A stretch of DNA of 64,000 nt. Origin: Candidatus Omnitrophota bacterium (GTDB taxonomy: Bacteria; Omnitrophota; Gorgyraeia; JABMRG01; JAFGKX01). The notes under the pieces are model-generated. The model worked only from the letters and a program-made list of their open reading frames with translations, was not told the DNA's origin and searched no databases. The stretch is taken from contig JAZDPX010000014.1 in assembly GCA_043797125.1 (NCBI GenBank), positions 1,755 to 65,754 of the forward strand, read 5' to 3'. Below are positions 35,971 to 46,695 of this stretch, piece after piece (positions within the stretch are counted from its first letter, which is position 1; the number at the start of each line of letters is the position of its first letter). A program made the translations under genes and the position numbers.

Positions 35971-37236
35971 ATGAAGAATTTAAAATGCATCATATTGGCG
36001 GCAGGAGCGGGCAAAAGGATGAAGACCCGGATGCCAAAGCCGCTGCATAAAATTGCCGGCATAACAATGCTGGAGCGCCTGCTGAATACCGTATTGTCGC
36101 TGGGTATTAAGAATATCGTTGTGGTCGTAGGATATGCTTCAAAGCGGGTTGAAGATGTATTGAAAAAATATAACGTAAACATGGTTAAGCAGGACAAACT
36201 ATTGGGTTCTGCGGATGCAGTAAAAAGGGCAAGAAGATATTTTGCGGGATTTATTGGCAGCGTTTTGGTAATGTATACGGATACGCCTCTTTTAAGGAAA
36301 CAGACAATAAGGGGTCTTATTAATAAGCACCTAAACTCCCAGGCAACATGCACGTTACTTACGGCAGATGTTAAAAACAGGACAGGTTATGGCAGGATTG
36401 TGCGCAATATCAACGGCAACATAACCAAAATTATAGAGGAAAACACCGCGACATTGCAGCAGAAGAACATAAGCGAAATTAATGTAGGCGCATATTGTTT
36501 TGACAGTAAACAGTTGTTTAATGCGCTCAAGCGCGTAAAAAAGAATCCTAAAAAGGGAGAATTTTACCTCACAGACGTTGTGAAGATTTTTAGCGACCAT
36601 GGCCTGGAAGTAAAATCATATGACAGGTGCGCGGAAGACGAAGCAATGGGTATAAATTCAAGAAAGGATTTAGCAGCCGCTGAAAACACCTTGAGAAAAC
36701 GAAAGATAAAACAACTGATGCAGGAAGGGGTGACGTTTATAGACCCCGATACCGCATACATAGATGAAAACGTAAACATAAAACAGGACACGATTATTTA
36801 TCCTTCCGTGGTTATAGAAGGCAATGTCACAATAGGCAGTTTCTGTAAGATAGGGCCTTTTGCCAGGATAAGGGGCAAGGCCAGCATAGGAGACAATTCT
36901 ACTGTTGGTAATTTTGTTGAAGTCGTGCGTTCCAGGATAGGCTCTAATACAAGAGTGAAGCATCACAGCTATATCGGCGACGCCTATGTCGGCAATAATG
37001 TAAATGTCGGGGCAGGTGTTATTACGGCGAATTACGACGGAAAGAAAAAACATAAGACGACAATAAAGGACAACGCATTTATCGGCGTGGGTTCTGTCCT
37101 GATTGCCCCGGTTAGAATAGGAAAGGCAGCGCTGGTTGGGGCCGGAAGCGTAGTTACTAAAAATAAAAACGTTCCGGAGAAAGCGGTTGTAGTCGGTGTG
37201 CCGGCAAGAATACTAAAGAGAGGGCTTAAAATATGA
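35971..37236 (+). CDS. glmU: Bifunctional UDP-GlcNAc pyrophosphorylase / glucosamine-1-phosphate acetyltransferase
   Basis: ILAAGAGKRMK..PKPLH, GYGRIVR, EINVGAY, EFYLTD, GNFVEV, HHSYIGDA, GAGVITANYDG. Confidence 0.93.
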   Translation: MKNLKCIILAAGAGKRMKTRMPKPLHKIAGITMLERLLNTVLSLGIKNIVVVVGYASKRVEDVLKKYNVNMVKQDKLLGSADAVKRARRYFAGFIGSVLVMYTDTPLLRKQTIRGLINKHLNSQATCTLLTADVKNRTGYGRIVRNINGNITKIIEENTATLQQKNISEINVGAYCFDSKQLFNALKRVKKNPKKGEFYLTDVVKIFSDHGLEVKSYDRCAEDEAMGINSRKDLAAAENTLRKRKIKQLMQEGVTFIDPDTAYIDENVNIKQDTIIYPSVVIEGNVTIGSFCKIGPFARIRGKASIGDNSTVGNFVEVVRSRIGSNTRVKHHSYIGDAYVGNNVNVGAGVITANYDGKKKHKTTIKDNAFIGVGSVLIAPVRIGKAALVGAGSVVTKNKNVPEKAVVVGVPARILKRGLKI

Positions 37237-38177
37237 AAACACAAGATAAGCTTAAAATATTTTCAGGCAACACCAATATTAAGCTGGCAAAAGACATATG
37301 CAGCTATCTTGATTTGAATTTAAGCAAGGCGCTGGTTTCGGCATTTGGCGACGGAGAAATTAAAGTTAAGATAGAGGAAAATGTGCGCGGCGAAGACGCG
37401 TATGTTGTTCAGCCTACCTGCGAGCCTGTTAACAACAGCCTCATGGAGCTGCTTATCATGATAGACGCCTTAAGAAGGGCCTCTGCCAGAAGAATTACGG
37501 CAATTATCCCGTATTACGGATATGCCAGGCAGGATAGAAAAGACCAGCCGCGCGTGCCTGTCACAGCTAAATTAGTAGCCAATCTTATAACAAATGCCGG
37601 GGCCGACAGGGTAATTACCGTGGATCTGCACGCGGGCCAGATACAGGGTTTTTTTGATATACCGCTGGATAATTTATACGCAGTAAAAACATTTGTGGAT
37701 TATTTTAATAAAAAGAAACTTAAAGACATAGTTGTTGTTTCGCCGGATGTCGGCGGGATAAAAATGGCAAGGGCATATTCTAAAAAAATGGGTGCTGACT
37801 TAGCAATTGTCGATAAAAGAAGAAAGAGCGATTCAGAGGCCGAGGTCATGAACATACTCGGCGATGTCAAGGGCAAAAACGTGGTTATCGTAGACGACAT
37901 GGTGGCAACGGCAGGTTCTTTAGTAGAGGCGGCAGCGGCAGTTAAAAAGGCCGGGGCTAAGCATATAATGGCCGCGATAACGCACCCTGTGTTATGCGGC
38001 CCAGCGATAGAGAGATTAAAGAAATCGTACATAGAGGAATTGGTTGTAACCGATACCATACCCCTATCAAAGGAAAAAAGGATCAGCAGGATAAAGGTGC
38101 TTTCCATAAGCGCGCTTTTGGGAGAGGCCATACGCAGGATACATAACGGTGAGTCAATAAGCGCATTATTCGAGTAA
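37233..38177 (+). CDS. prs: Ribose-phosphate pyrophosphokinase
   Basis: FGDGEI, PYYGYARQDRK, DLHAGQIQGFF, VSPDVGG, VDDMVATAGS. Confidence 0.96.
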   Translation: MKTQDKLKIFSGNTNIKLAKDICSYLDLNLSKALVSAFGDGEIKVKIEENVRGEDAYVVQPTCEPVNNSLMELLIMIDALRRASARRITAIIPYYGYARQDRKDQPRVPVTAKLVANLITNAGADRVITVDLHAGQIQGFFDIPLDNLYAVKTFVDYFNKKKLKDIVVVSPDVGGIKMARAYSKKMGADLAIVDKRRKSDSEAEVMNILGDVKGKNVVIVDDMVATAGSLVEAAAAVKKAGAKHIMAAITHPVLCGPAIERLKKSYIEELVVTDTIPLSKEKRISRIKVLSISALLGEAIRRIHNGESISALFE

Positions 38178-38187
38178 AGCTCGAGAA

Positions 38188-38255
38188 GCGTTATGCGTAT
38201 TGAGTTGTGTGTATTGAGCATAGAACCGCACGACACAAAACACACGACGCAAAAC
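38188..38255. repeat. Degenerate heptamer tandem repeats in loosely inverted arrangement
   Basis: gcgttat gcgtatt gagttgt gtgtatt ... cgcacga cacaaaa cacacga cgcaaaa. Confidence 0.55.
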
Positions 38256-38272
38256 TAATCAACAGTTAGGAG

Positions 38273-39034
38273 ATGACAATGGAACAGATTATACTTAATG
38301 CATTGATAAGAGAAAAGACAGGTAAAAGCGCAAACAAAAAATTGCGCCACAAGGATGTAATACCGGCAGTTGTTTACAAACGCGGCAAAAAGGCTATTTC
38401 CATGAGCGTTGATGAATCAGGCCTTCTTCATGCTTTGCATACATCGGCGGGAGAAAACGCCATTATAACATTAATGATTTCTTCTTCATCTGATAAAAAA
38501 GCCAAGTCCGCAAAAGAAAATGACACAAAAACGGTTATTATAAAGGAAATACAATATCACCCTGTCCATGAAAACATATTGCATATTGATTTTCAGGAGA
38601 TATCTTTAACAGAACGCATAAAGGTGAATGTCCCCATAGTGTTAAAAGGCGAGTCAGCGGGCGTGAAGATAGAAGGCGGCATTCTTGACCAGGTGACAAA
38701 AGAGCTTGTGATAGAATGTCTTCCTGCCCAGATACCGAGTAAAATAGACTTTAATATAGAGGCTCTGAAAATAGGCGATATAGTTCATGTGAAAGAGCTT
38801 GTGATTCCCGACGGGATTAAAGTGCTCACCGACCCCGAGCAGGCTGTTGTGTCTGTTTCTCCGCCGAAGGCGGAAGAGGCACCTGCCGCAGCTGAAGGGT
38901 TGGAGGCAGGAGCGCAAGAGCCCGAAGTATTAACAGAGAGAAAACCGGCTGAAGAAGAAGAAAAAGAAGAAGGCCAGCCGGAAGATAAGGGCAAAGGCAA
39001 AGACAAGGACAAGGATAAAGATAAACCCCATTAG
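38273..39034 (+). CDS. rplY: 50S ribosomal protein L25 (Ctc form)
   Basis: REKTGKSANKKLR...IPAVVY, KEIQYHPV..ILHIDF, C-terminal Ctc domain with charged tail. Confidence 0.93.
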   Translation: MTMEQIILNALIREKTGKSANKKLRHKDVIPAVVYKRGKKAISMSVDESGLLHALHTSAGENAIITLMISSSSDKKAKSAKENDTKTVIIKEIQYHPVHENILHIDFQEISLTERIKVNVPIVLKGESAGVKIEGGILDQVTKELVIECLPAQIPSKIDFNIEALKIGDIVHVKELVIPDGIKVLTDPEQAVVSVSPPKAEEAPAAAEGLEAGAQEPEVLTERKPAEEEEKEEGQPEDKGKGKDKDKDKDKPH

Positions 39035-39059
39035 AAATTAAAATAAATTTCTAACGGGG
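39026..39059. repeat. Palindromic element CCCC(A/G)TTAGAAA...TTTCTAACGGGG supplying the rplY stop
   Basis: ccccattagaaatt-aaaata-aatttctaacgggg. Confidence 0.7.
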
Positions 39060-39071
39060 CATGGACAAGAA

Positions 39072-39632
39072 ATGAAGCTTTTAGCTGGATTGGGCAACCC
39101 CGGGGAAAGCTACACGCGCACAAGACACAATATAGGTTTTCGCATAGCCGATAGTTTGGCTGCCAAGTATAACGCGAAGTTAAAAAAGAAATTCCTTACA
39201 AATGCACAGCAGGCCAGCGCCTCGGTTTTGGGCGAACGCATAATAGTGCTTAAACCGCTATCCTTTATGAATCGTTCCGGGCCTTGTGTTTTGCATTTTT
39301 ATAAAAAATTAAATTTGAAATTAGAAGATATTTTGATAATCTGCGATGATATAAGTTTGCCTATCGGCAAAATGAGGTTAAGGCCGGGCGGACAGGCAGG
39401 CGGGCATAACGGCCTTGAGTCTATTATAGATTCTTTAGGCGATCAAGGCTTCCCGAGATTAAGAATCGGAATAGACAACAATAAAACAATCTCTGACTTA
39501 TCCGAGTATGTGCTTTCTGAATTTACGCCCGACGAAGAAAGAGCAATGCGGCATATTGTTGATAATGCGGTCAATGCCTGCGAGTGCTGGATAACAGACG
39601 GCATAGAAGCGGCTATGAATAAATATAACTAA
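39072..39632 (+). CDS. pth: Peptidyl-tRNA hydrolase
   Basis: GLGNPG..Y..TRHNIGF, KPLSFMNRSG, GGHNGL.SI, RLRIGI. Confidence 0.96.
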   Translation: MKLLAGLGNPGESYTRTRHNIGFRIADSLAAKYNAKLKKKFLTNAQQASASVLGERIIVLKPLSFMNRSGPCVLHFYKKLNLKLEDILIICDDISLPIGKMRLRPGGQAGGHNGLESIIDSLGDQGFPRLRIGIDNNKTISDLSEYVLSEFTPDEERAMRHIVDNAVNACECWITDGIEAAMNKYN

Positions 39633-39649
39633 GACAAGGAGAAGCGATT

Positions 39650-39949
39650 ATGAGAGCGTATGAAGCAGTTATAATATATAAACCAGAGCTAGACGGCGAA
39701 GCGCTGCAGGCTTCCTTTAAAGGTGCTGTTGATATTATCAAAAAATATCAGGGCGAGGTTGAGGATGTTGCCGAGTGGGGCAGGAAGGCGCTTGCATACA
39801 CAATAGCCAAGAAAAAGGAAGGCACATTTTATCTGGTTAAATTCAAATCATCGCCTGAAAATGTCGGAAAAATAGAAAGAGAGTTTGTCTTAAACGAAGA
39901 CATTCTAAGGTCTATGATAAGCGCGCGCAAAGTAGCGAAGGAGGCTTAA
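39650..39949 (+). CDS. rpsF: 30S ribosomal protein S6
   Basis: MRAYEAVII.KP, WGRKALAYTI.K..EG.FY, NEDILR. Confidence 0.95.
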   Translation: MRAYEAVIIYKPELDGEALQASFKGAVDIIKKYQGEVEDVAEWGRKALAYTIAKKKEGTFYLVKFKSSPENVGKIEREFVLNEDILRSMISARKVAKEA

Positions 39950-39951
39950 AA

Positions 39952-40422
39952 ATGGCAAGCCTGAATAAAGTATTTTTAATAGGCAATCTTACGCGCGACC
40001 CGGAATTAAGATATACGCCCAGCGGCCTGGCTGTAACTACTTTTACTATTGCGGCAAACAGAAGCTACACGACAAAGACCGGAGAGAAAAAGGAAGACGT
40101 CACGTTTATGCGCGTAGTTACCTGGGGTAAACGCGCTGAGATTTGCGCAGAGTACTTAAACAAGGGTTCTTTGGTTTTTGCGGAAGGCCGCCTTCAGAAC
40201 AGGCAATGGCAGGCTCAGGACGGCACCCAGCGAAATACCGTTGAAGTTGTGGCCAACAATATTCAATTCCTCGGCACCCCCAAAGGCTCCAGGGTAGCAG
40301 CCGCTGGTAAAAGCGCGCCGCAAAATTCGCAGCAGGCGCCGGATATGGAGCCGCCCGTAGACCTACCGCATGAAAAAGGAAAAGTTGATGAGGATGTTTT
40401 TGAGGACGAAGTCCCATTTTAG
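39952..40422 (+). CDS. ssb: Single-stranded DNA-binding protein
   Basis: LNKVFLIGNLTRDPELRYTPSG, EGRLQ.R.W, C-terminal DEVPF. Confidence 0.97.
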   Translation: MASLNKVFLIGNLTRDPELRYTPSGLAVTTFTIAANRSYTTKTGEKKEDVTFMRVVTWGKRAEICAEYLNKGSLVFAEGRLQNRQWQAQDGTQRNTVEVVANNIQFLGTPKGSRVAAAGKSAPQNSQQAPDMEPPVDLPHEKGKVDEDVFEDEVPF

Positions 40423-40441
40423 AAAGAGAGGATACTGACAA

Positions 40442-40708
40442 ATGTTTCAGAAGAGAGACCCGAGAAAAAAAAGAAGATTCACAGGAGACAGAAATCTTTT
40501 AATGAGAAAGAAGGCATGCAGGTTTTGCAAGGAGAAGGTCAGGGAGATAGACTACAAAGACGTTGCTGTTTTATCTAAATATACAACAGAACAGGGAAAG
40601 GTTATGCCGTCGCGCATAACCGGTAACTGCGCATATCATCAAAGACAAACAACCAAGGCTGTAAAGCGCTCAAGGGCGATTTCTTTACTCGCTTATTCGA
40701 GGGAATAA
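40442..40708 (+). CDS. rpsR: 30S ribosomal protein S18 (zinc-binding form)
   Basis: CRFC...IDYKD...[17 protein letters not shown]. Confidence 0.96.
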   Translation: MFQKRDPRKKRRFTGDRNLLMRKKACRFCKEKVREIDYKDVAVLSKYTTEQGKVMPSRITGNCAYHQRQTTKAVKRSRAISLLAYSRE

Positions 40709-40711
40709 AAC

Positions 40712-41155
40712 ATGAAACTCATATTACTTGAAAATGTTGATAACCTGGGCAAGATGGGCGATGCCATTGAAGCAAAAGACGGTTATGCCAGGAATTGCCT
40801 CCTTCCTAAGGGCTTAGCGCTTGAGGCCACCGCCTCGAACCTGAAAATAGTGGAAAAGAAAAAACAAAAGCAGCAGCAAAAACTTGACAGAATTAAACAA
40901 GAAGCCCGGGAGGCAGCTAAAAAGCTTACCCTAGTATCATGCACTATTACAATGCCGGCAGGGGAAGACGACAAGCTTCACGGTTCTGTGACCGCGCAAG
41001 ATATAGCAGATGCCCTTGAGCAAGAGGGTATTAAGATTGATAAAAAGAACATTGTGATAAATCAGCCCATAAATAAATTAGGCATATATAGCTGCGAAGT
41101 GAAACTGCACCCTGAGGTGACTCAGGAATTGAAGGTGTGGGTCATAAAGAAATGA
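40712..41155 (+). CDS. rplI: 50S ribosomal protein L9
   Basis: MKLILLENVDNLGKMGD...KDGYARNCLLPKGLA, KLHGSVT, KLHPEV. Confidence 0.96.
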   Translation: MKLILLENVDNLGKMGDAIEAKDGYARNCLLPKGLALEATASNLKIVEKKKQKQQQKLDRIKQEAREAAKKLTLVSCTITMPAGEDDKLHGSVTAQDIADALEQEGIKIDKKNIVINQPINKLGIYSCEVKLHPEVTQELKVWVIKK

Positions 41156-41177
41156 AAAATGTAAAATGTAAAATGCA
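41150..41177 (+). repeat. Heptamer tandem repeat AAATG(N)A x4 overlapping the rplI stop
   Basis: aaatgaa aaatgta aaatgta aaatgca. Confidence 0.65.
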
Positions 41178-41192
41178 AAAAGGAAAAATATA

Positions 41193-42563
41193 ATGGCGAA
41201 AGAACAAAAAGAGTCGATAGAAAAGATACCTCCGCAAAGCAATGAAGCTGAAATAGCAGTGCTTGGTTCGATGCTGCTTGAGGAGAACGCCATTTCTGAA
41301 GCAATAGAATTGCTGCAGGAGCAATATTTTTATAACGATAGCCACAGGCTTATCTTTAACGTCATAATATCCATCTATAATAGCAACAAACCGGTTGACC
41401 TTGTAACTGTCGTGGAAGAACTTAAAAAAAGAAACGCCCTGGAACGTTCGGGTTCAGCCTCGTATATAGCCAGTCTTACCCAGGCAGTGCCTACCGCCGC
41501 TAATGTAAAACACTATGCTAATATCGTAAGGGAGAAATATGTAATAAGGAGCCTTATAACCGCCGGCACGCAAATAGTCGCGGAGTCTTTCCAACCGGAA
41601 TCAGGCGCAGACGAACTTTTAGACAGGGCAGAGAAAAGAATATTTGACATAATGGCGGAAAAGACAGACGTGTCTTCAACGCACGTATCTGACATAGTAA
41701 AAGACAGCATCGAGTTGATTGACAACCTCTACCAGAGGAAAGAAAGCATAACAGGGATCCCCACAGGATTTCATGAGTTTGATATAATGACAGCAGGCCT
41801 TCAGCCGTCAGATTTAATAATAGTCGCGGGCAGGCCATCGATGGGAAAAAGCGCGCTTGCGGCCTGCATTGCAGAGCATGCCGGGATTATCGAGGGGTTG
41901 CCTGTTGTATTGTTCAGCCTGGAGATGGCAAAAGGCCAGCTTGTTCAAAGAATGCTTTGTTCGCATGCAAAAGTCGAATTTCATAAAGTAAGAACAGGTT
42001 TTCTATCACAGAGCGACTGGCCAAAGCTGACAAACGCAGCCAGCAAATTATCAGAGGCCCCGATATATATAGACGATACGCCGGCTATCTCTGTTTTGGA
42101 GTTAAGGGCCAAGGCAAGAAGGCTTAAAAGCCAGCATGATATAAAACTTATAATCGTGGACTACCTGCAGCTTATGCGCGGCCCTGCCGGAGTAGAAAAC
42201 AGGCAGCAGGAAATTTCGGAGATATCACGTTCTTTAAAAGCGCTGGCAAGGGAATTAAGCGTTCCTGTTATCGGAGTAAGCCAGCTTTCCCGCGCGGTAG
42301 AATCAAGGTCTGACAGAAGGCCGCAGCTTTCGGATTTGCGGGAATCCGGGGCAATAGAACAGGATGCAGACGTTGTCCTGCTTTTGCTGAGAGAGGAATA
42401 TTACAATCCTACTCCTGAAAACAGGGGCCTGGCGGAAATTATAGTGGCAAAACAAAGGAACGGGCCGGTCGGCTCCATAAACCTGGCGTTCATAAAAGAG
42501 TACACGCGCTTCGAAAACATCTCCAAACGGCAAGAAGCTCCTGAAGAGGAAATAGAAGTTTAA
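41193..42563 (+). CDS. dnaB: Replicative DNA helicase
   Basis: PPQSNEAE..VLG, AGRPSMGKS, FSLEM, IVDYLQLM, SDLRESGAIEQDAD, KQRNGP. Confidence 0.97.
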   Translation: MAKEQKESIEKIPPQSNEAEIAVLGSMLLEENAISEAIELLQEQYFYNDSHRLIFNVIISIYNSNKPVDLVTVVEELKKRNALERSGSASYIASLTQAVPTAANVKHYANIVREKYVIRSLITAGTQIVAESFQPESGADELLDRAEKRIFDIMAEKTDVSSTHVSDIVKDSIELIDNLYQRKESITGIPTGFHEFDIMTAGLQPSDLIIVAGRPSMGKSALAACIAEHAGIIEGLPVVLFSLEMAKGQLVQRMLCSHAKVEFHKVRTGFLSQSDWPKLTNAASKLSEAPIYIDDTPAISVLELRAKARRLKSQHDIKLIIVDYLQLMRGPAGVENRQQEISEISRSLKALARELSVPVIGVSQLSRAVESRSDRRPQLSDLRESGAIEQDADVVLLLLREEYYNPTPENRGLAEIIVAKQRNGPVGSINLAFIKEYTRFENISKRQEAPEEEIEV

Positions 42564-42642
42564 CGCTTTACTTTTTGCCATCTTTATGCTACATTAACAA
42601 AAAGAGGGCGATAGTAATAGTTCAGCTCTGGGAAGTTCTCCC

Positions 42643-42674
42643 GACGTAGCGCAGGCTTAAGCCTGCGCTACGTC
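42643..42674. repeat. Perfect 32-bp palindrome, GTAG-type REP-like
   Basis: gacgtagcgcaggctt|aagcctgcgctacgtc. Confidence 0.8.
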
Positions 42675-42773
42675 CGAGTCGAGATACTTACAAAAGTTTA
42701 ACTGTTACGAATGGTATGATTACACAGGCATTAAACTCTGTGTAATTAATATAATAAATACAGGAGCGTTTAT

Positions 42774-45086
42774 ATGTATAAAAGGCATATAGCATATATT
42801 TTTATAATAATTATATTAATAGTTTCCTTTTTTGCCGCAGGTTACAGCCTTGCCCAAGAAGACGAAGGAACAGATCTGGTGACCGACATAAAGGTTAAAG
42901 GCAATACCACTGTCAGCGTCGACACAATACTCCTGAAGATAAAAACAGGCGTGGGCAGGAAATTTGTGCAGAAGCAGCTCAACGAAGACATAAAAAGATT
43001 ATACGCTACGGGGTTTTTTACGGATGTAAGCGTTGATTTGGAAGACTACGATGGCGGAGTCAGGGTTATCTTCACGGTTGTTGAAAAGGCGGTTATAGAA
43101 AAAATAATTTTTGAAGGCAATAACTCTATCAGGGAAGTGCACCTTTTAAAGGAAATGGAGACAAAGGTAGACGATGTCTTTAGCAAAAGGGTTATAAGCG
43201 CGGATTTAAAGAAACTAAAGGCGTATTATCACAAAAAGGGTTTTCCTCTCGCCGAACTCGATTACAAGCTGGAGACCAGCGATAATAACAAGGCCACCGT
43301 GCATATAATAGTGGACGAGAAGATAGAATATAGGATAAAGAAAATAGAATTTAAGGGCAACTCCTCTTTTAAAGAAGGAGAGCTCTCCAAGGGCATGACA
43401 ACAAAGACGTCAGGCTGGTTTAGGTCAGGCATACTTGATGAAAGCACTTTGGACCAGGACCTTGAAAATATTAAGGAGTTTTATCGGGGCAAGGGTTTCA
43501 TAGACGCAGAGCTAACCAAAGAAATAGAATATAACAAAGAGGCAAAGGCGGTGTTCATCGCCATAAACGTAAACGAAGGCGCAAAATATACCGTAGGGCA
43601 GATCTCGCTTAAGGGAAATAGAATTTTTAACAACGAGCAAATTATTAAGGAGACGGGCATGTTGAAGGGCGCGCCCTATAACCCGCAGCAGCTAAGGACG
43701 GATGTAATAAAAATTCAAACTTTATATTATGACAAAGGGTATATGAATTGCAAGGTTACGCCGGATACGCTGTTTGACAAAAACACTCAATCCATTGATA
43801 TAGCCTACGATATAGCGGAAGGCGAAATCGTATACGTAGATAAAGTCAGGATAAGCGGCAACACCAAGACAAAAGATAAAGTCATAAGAAGAGAACTGCG
43901 GCTTTACCCCGGAGACAAATACGAGGGCAAGAAGCTGCAACGCTCTAAAGAGAGGCTTTATAATTTGGGATTTTTCGAAGAAGTGTTTTTTGATACCGAG
44001 CCTACAGCCATTGCCGATAAAAAAGATTTATCAGTTACCGTAAAAGAGGCAAAGACAGGGGAATTTAGTTTTGGCGGCGGATATAGCTCAATAGACAGGG
44101 CCATTGGTTTTGTGCAGATTACGCAAAAGAATTTTGACATTACGAATTTCAAGACCTTTACCGGCGCAGGGCAGGATCTGGTTTTAACAGGCACGTTCGG
44201 CTCTATCAGGAGAAATTATGAATTAAGTTTTACCGAGCCTTGGATATTTGACTACCCGCTTTCTTTCGGCTTCGACCTTTTTAACCGGGAAACGGACAGG
44301 AAGTCTTCTCTTGGCTACGGATATGACGAACAGCATCTTGGCGGGGCCTTGAGGCTTGGTAAAGAGTTTACAGATTACGACAGGGCGGATCTTAAATATA
44401 CGTTGGAAAAAGTAGAAATATCGGATATCCCGACAAACGCGTCAAGCGCGCTTAAGGATGAAGAAGGGGAAAACACGATAAGCAGTTTAGGGCTTACACT
44501 GACCAGGGACACAAGAGATAATAAGTTTAATCCCGCAAGCGGGTACTTGGTTACATCAACATTTACCGATGGCGGCGGTTTTTTAGGAGGGGACAAAGAT
44601 TTCTATAAGGCAACCCCGCTGGTTAGCGCCTATTTTAATTTTTTAGAGAAAAAACTGGTGCTTGAACTAATGGGGCGCCTTGGATGGGCTGATGAATATG
44701 ATGATACTGTTACAGTGCCTATATATGAGCGCTTTTTTGCCGGCGGCGCAAATACAGTAAGGGGGTATAAGGAAAGATCCATAGGCCCCAGGGACGTTAA
44801 TACAAACGATCCTATAGGCGGAGAGTCTATGCTTGTAGGAAATGCGGAACTTACTTACACCCTGTTTAAAAATTTTAAGGTAGCGACATTTTATGACGTG
44901 GGTAATGTATGGCCGGAGAGCGATGATATTGGAACAGGGGATTTTAAATCCGGAGTTGGTGTAGGCATTAGGGTGAATACGCCGATAGGCCCGGTGAAGG
45001 TTGATTATGGCTATCCGCTAAATAAAGCGCATCCCGACGACAAGAAAACCGGAAGGTTCCACTTTAGCATGACCAGAGGGTTCTAG
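42774..45086 (+). CDS. bamA: Outer membrane protein assembly factor BamA
   Basis: Signal peptide, POTRA repeats (GNTKTKDKVIRRE, RLYNLGFF), VRGY motif, TPIGP, terminal Phe. Confidence 0.95.
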   Translation: MYKRHIAYIFIIIILIVSFFAAGYSLAQEDEGTDLVTDIKVKGNTTVSVDTILLKIKTGVGRKFVQKQLNEDIKRLYATGFFTDVSVDLEDYDGGVRVIFTVVEKAVIEKIIFEGNNSIREVHLLKEMETKVDDVFSKRVISADLKKLKAYYHKKGFPLAELDYKLETSDNNKATVHIIVDEKIEYRIKKIEFKGNSSFKEGELSKGMTTKTSGWFRSGILDESTLDQDLENIKEFYRGKGFIDAELTKEIEYNKEAKAVFIAINVNEGAKYTVGQISLKGNRIFNNEQIIKETGMLKGAPYNPQQLRTDVIKIQTLYYDKGYMNCKVTPDTLFDKNTQSIDIAYDIAEGEIVYVDKVRISGNTKTKDKVIRRELRLYPGDKYEGKKLQRSKERLYNLGFFEEVFFDTEPTAIADKKDLSVTVKEAKTGEFSFGGGYSSIDRAIGFVQITQKNFDITNFKTFTGAGQDLVLTGTFGSIRRNYELSFTEPWIFDYPLSFGFDLFNRETDRKSSLGYGYDEQHLGGALRLGKEFTDYDRADLKYTLEKVEISDIPTNASSALKDEEGENTISSLGLTLTRDTRDNKFNPASGYLVTSTFTDGGGFLGGDKDFYKATPLVSAYFNFLEKKLVLELMGRLGWADEYDDTVTVPIYERFFAGGANTVRGYKERSIGPRDVNTNDPIGGESMLVGNAELTYTLFKNFKVATFYDVGNVWPESDDIGTGDFKSGVGVGIRVNTPIGPVKVDYGYPLNKAHPDDKKTGRFHFSMTRGF

Positions 45087-45127
45087 AAACAAAAAGGTTA
45101 AAGGATAAAGTGAAAAATGGAGAAAAG

Positions 45128-45631
45128 ATGAAGATAAAGATTTTATTACTGATAACTGTTGTCGTAGCGCTTATTATGCCGAATATTGCCTTAGCAGAGA
45201 TTAAGATAGGATATGTGGATACAATAGCTGTATTTGATGAGTATAATAAGACCAAAGATCAGGATAAGGTCCTTAAGACCGAAACCGATAAAAGAAAAGA
45301 CAAGAGAGAAACAATAGTCAAGGATATAAGAAACATAAAGGACGAGCTTGATATATCAAGCGACGATGCTAAGGAAAAGAAGCAACTGGAGATAGACAAA
45401 AAACTAAGAGAACTTCAGGAATATGATAACGAGACTAAACTTGATTTAGGCCAAAAAAGAGACGATATGATGCGAGATATCCTAAAAGAGATAAGCGCCG
45501 TGGTTGAAGAATATGCCAAGAAAAACAGCTATACAATGGTGCTTAACAGCAGGGTCCTTATCTACAGCGACGAAAAAGACGACCTGACCCAGGCTATATT
45601 AGACGCGCTAAATGCAAAGTATAAAAAATAA
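45128..45631 (+). CDS. skp: OmpH/Skp periplasmic chaperone
   Basis: Signal peptide, KIGYVD, coiled-coil body, YTMVL...DLT; lies between bamA and lpxD. Confidence 0.9.
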   Translation: MKIKILLLITVVVALIMPNIALAEIKIGYVDTIAVFDEYNKTKDQDKVLKTETDKRKDKRETIVKDIRNIKDELDISSDDAKEKKQLEIDKKLRELQEYDNETKLDLGQKRDDMMRDILKEISAVVEEYAKKNSYTMVLNSRVLIYSDEKDDLTQAILDALNAKYKK

Positions 45632-45645
45632 CACACACTCAACAT

Positions 45646-46695
45646 ATGAAGAAAACGCTAAGGGAAATTGCCTCGGCTGTAAATGCGAAGATTATCGGCA
45701 AAGAAGATATTGTTATTACAGGGATATCTGACATAAAAGAAGCGCAAGAAGGCGACATTACCTTCTTGGCCCACCCAAAATATAAACCCTTTGCGGAAAA
45801 GACAAAGGCTTCGGCAATTATAGCGTCAAAGGATGCAAGGTTTCCTTCCAAGACAGTACTGCAGACAGAAAATCCATCTTTGGCATTTACCAAGGTAATT
45901 TCGATGTTTAGGCCCAGCCAGCCGCGCCACCCAAAAGGGATAGACGTAAAAGCTGCGATAAATAAAAATGCCAGAGTTTCCGGAAACGCTTCAGTCGGGG
46001 CTTATTCTGTTGTTGAAGACGCCGCGGAAATAGCCGACGGGGTAATTATATATTCAAATTGCTATATAGGCGCAGGCGTAAAAATAGATAAAGACACGAT
46101 TATTTATCCCAACGTTACGATAATGGAAGGCACAAAGATAGGCAGCAATGTTGTAATACACGCAGGCAGCGTAATAGGCTGCGATGGTTTCGGGTATATT
46201 GAAGTTGACGGTACGCACCACAAAATTCCGCAGGTCGGTATTGTGGTTATTGAAGACGATGTTGAAATAGGCGCAAATACAACAATAGATAGGGCAAGAT
46301 TCGGCCAGACAGTTATCGGCAAGGGGACAAAGATAGACAACCTTGTGCAAATTGCTCATAATGTGAAAATAGGGTCCAACTCCATTATAATCGCGCAGGC
46401 AGGCATATCGGGCAGCAGCAGCGTGGGTAAAAATACTATATTAGCAGGCCAGGCAGGTTTAGTCGGGCATATAGAATTGGGCGATAATGTAATTGTCGGG
46501 GCGCAGTGCGGAGTGACCAAGTCTTTTGGGTCAAATACTATTCTCTTGGGTTCTCCGGCCAACCCTATAGCCGAACAGAAAAAGATTTTTGCATGCATAA
46601 ATAAACTGCCCGAACTTTTTGCCACAATAAGAAAGATAAAGAAAAAGCTTTTCCCCGAAGATGCAGAAACAGAAGACCTTAAAGAAGGAAGTTAG
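45646..46695 (+). CDS. lpxD: UDP-3-O-acylglucosamine N-acyltransferase
   Basis: Hexapeptide repeats, [41 protein letters not shown]. Confidence 0.96.
   Translation: MKKTLREIASAVNAKIIGKEDIVITGISDIKEAQEGDITFLAHPKYKPFAEKTKASAIIASKDARFPSKTVLQTENPSLAFTKVISMFRPSQPRHPKGIDVKAAINKNARVSGNASVGAYSVVEDAAEIADGVIIYSNCYIGAGVKIDKDTIIYPNVTIMEGTKIGSNVVIHAGSVIGCDGFGYIEVDGTHHKIPQVGIVVIEDDVEIGANTTIDRARFGQTVIGKGTKIDNLVQIAHNVKIGSNSIIIAQAGISGSSSVGKNTILAGQAGLVGHIELGDNVIVGAQCGVTKSFGSNTILLGSPANPIAEQKKIFACINKLPELFATIRKIKKKLFPEDAETEDLKEGS

Noticed and set aside
38980-39025. gacaag/gataaa hexamer repeat at the end of rplY
   Set aside because: Simple low-complexity KD coding tail with no sign of a separate function.
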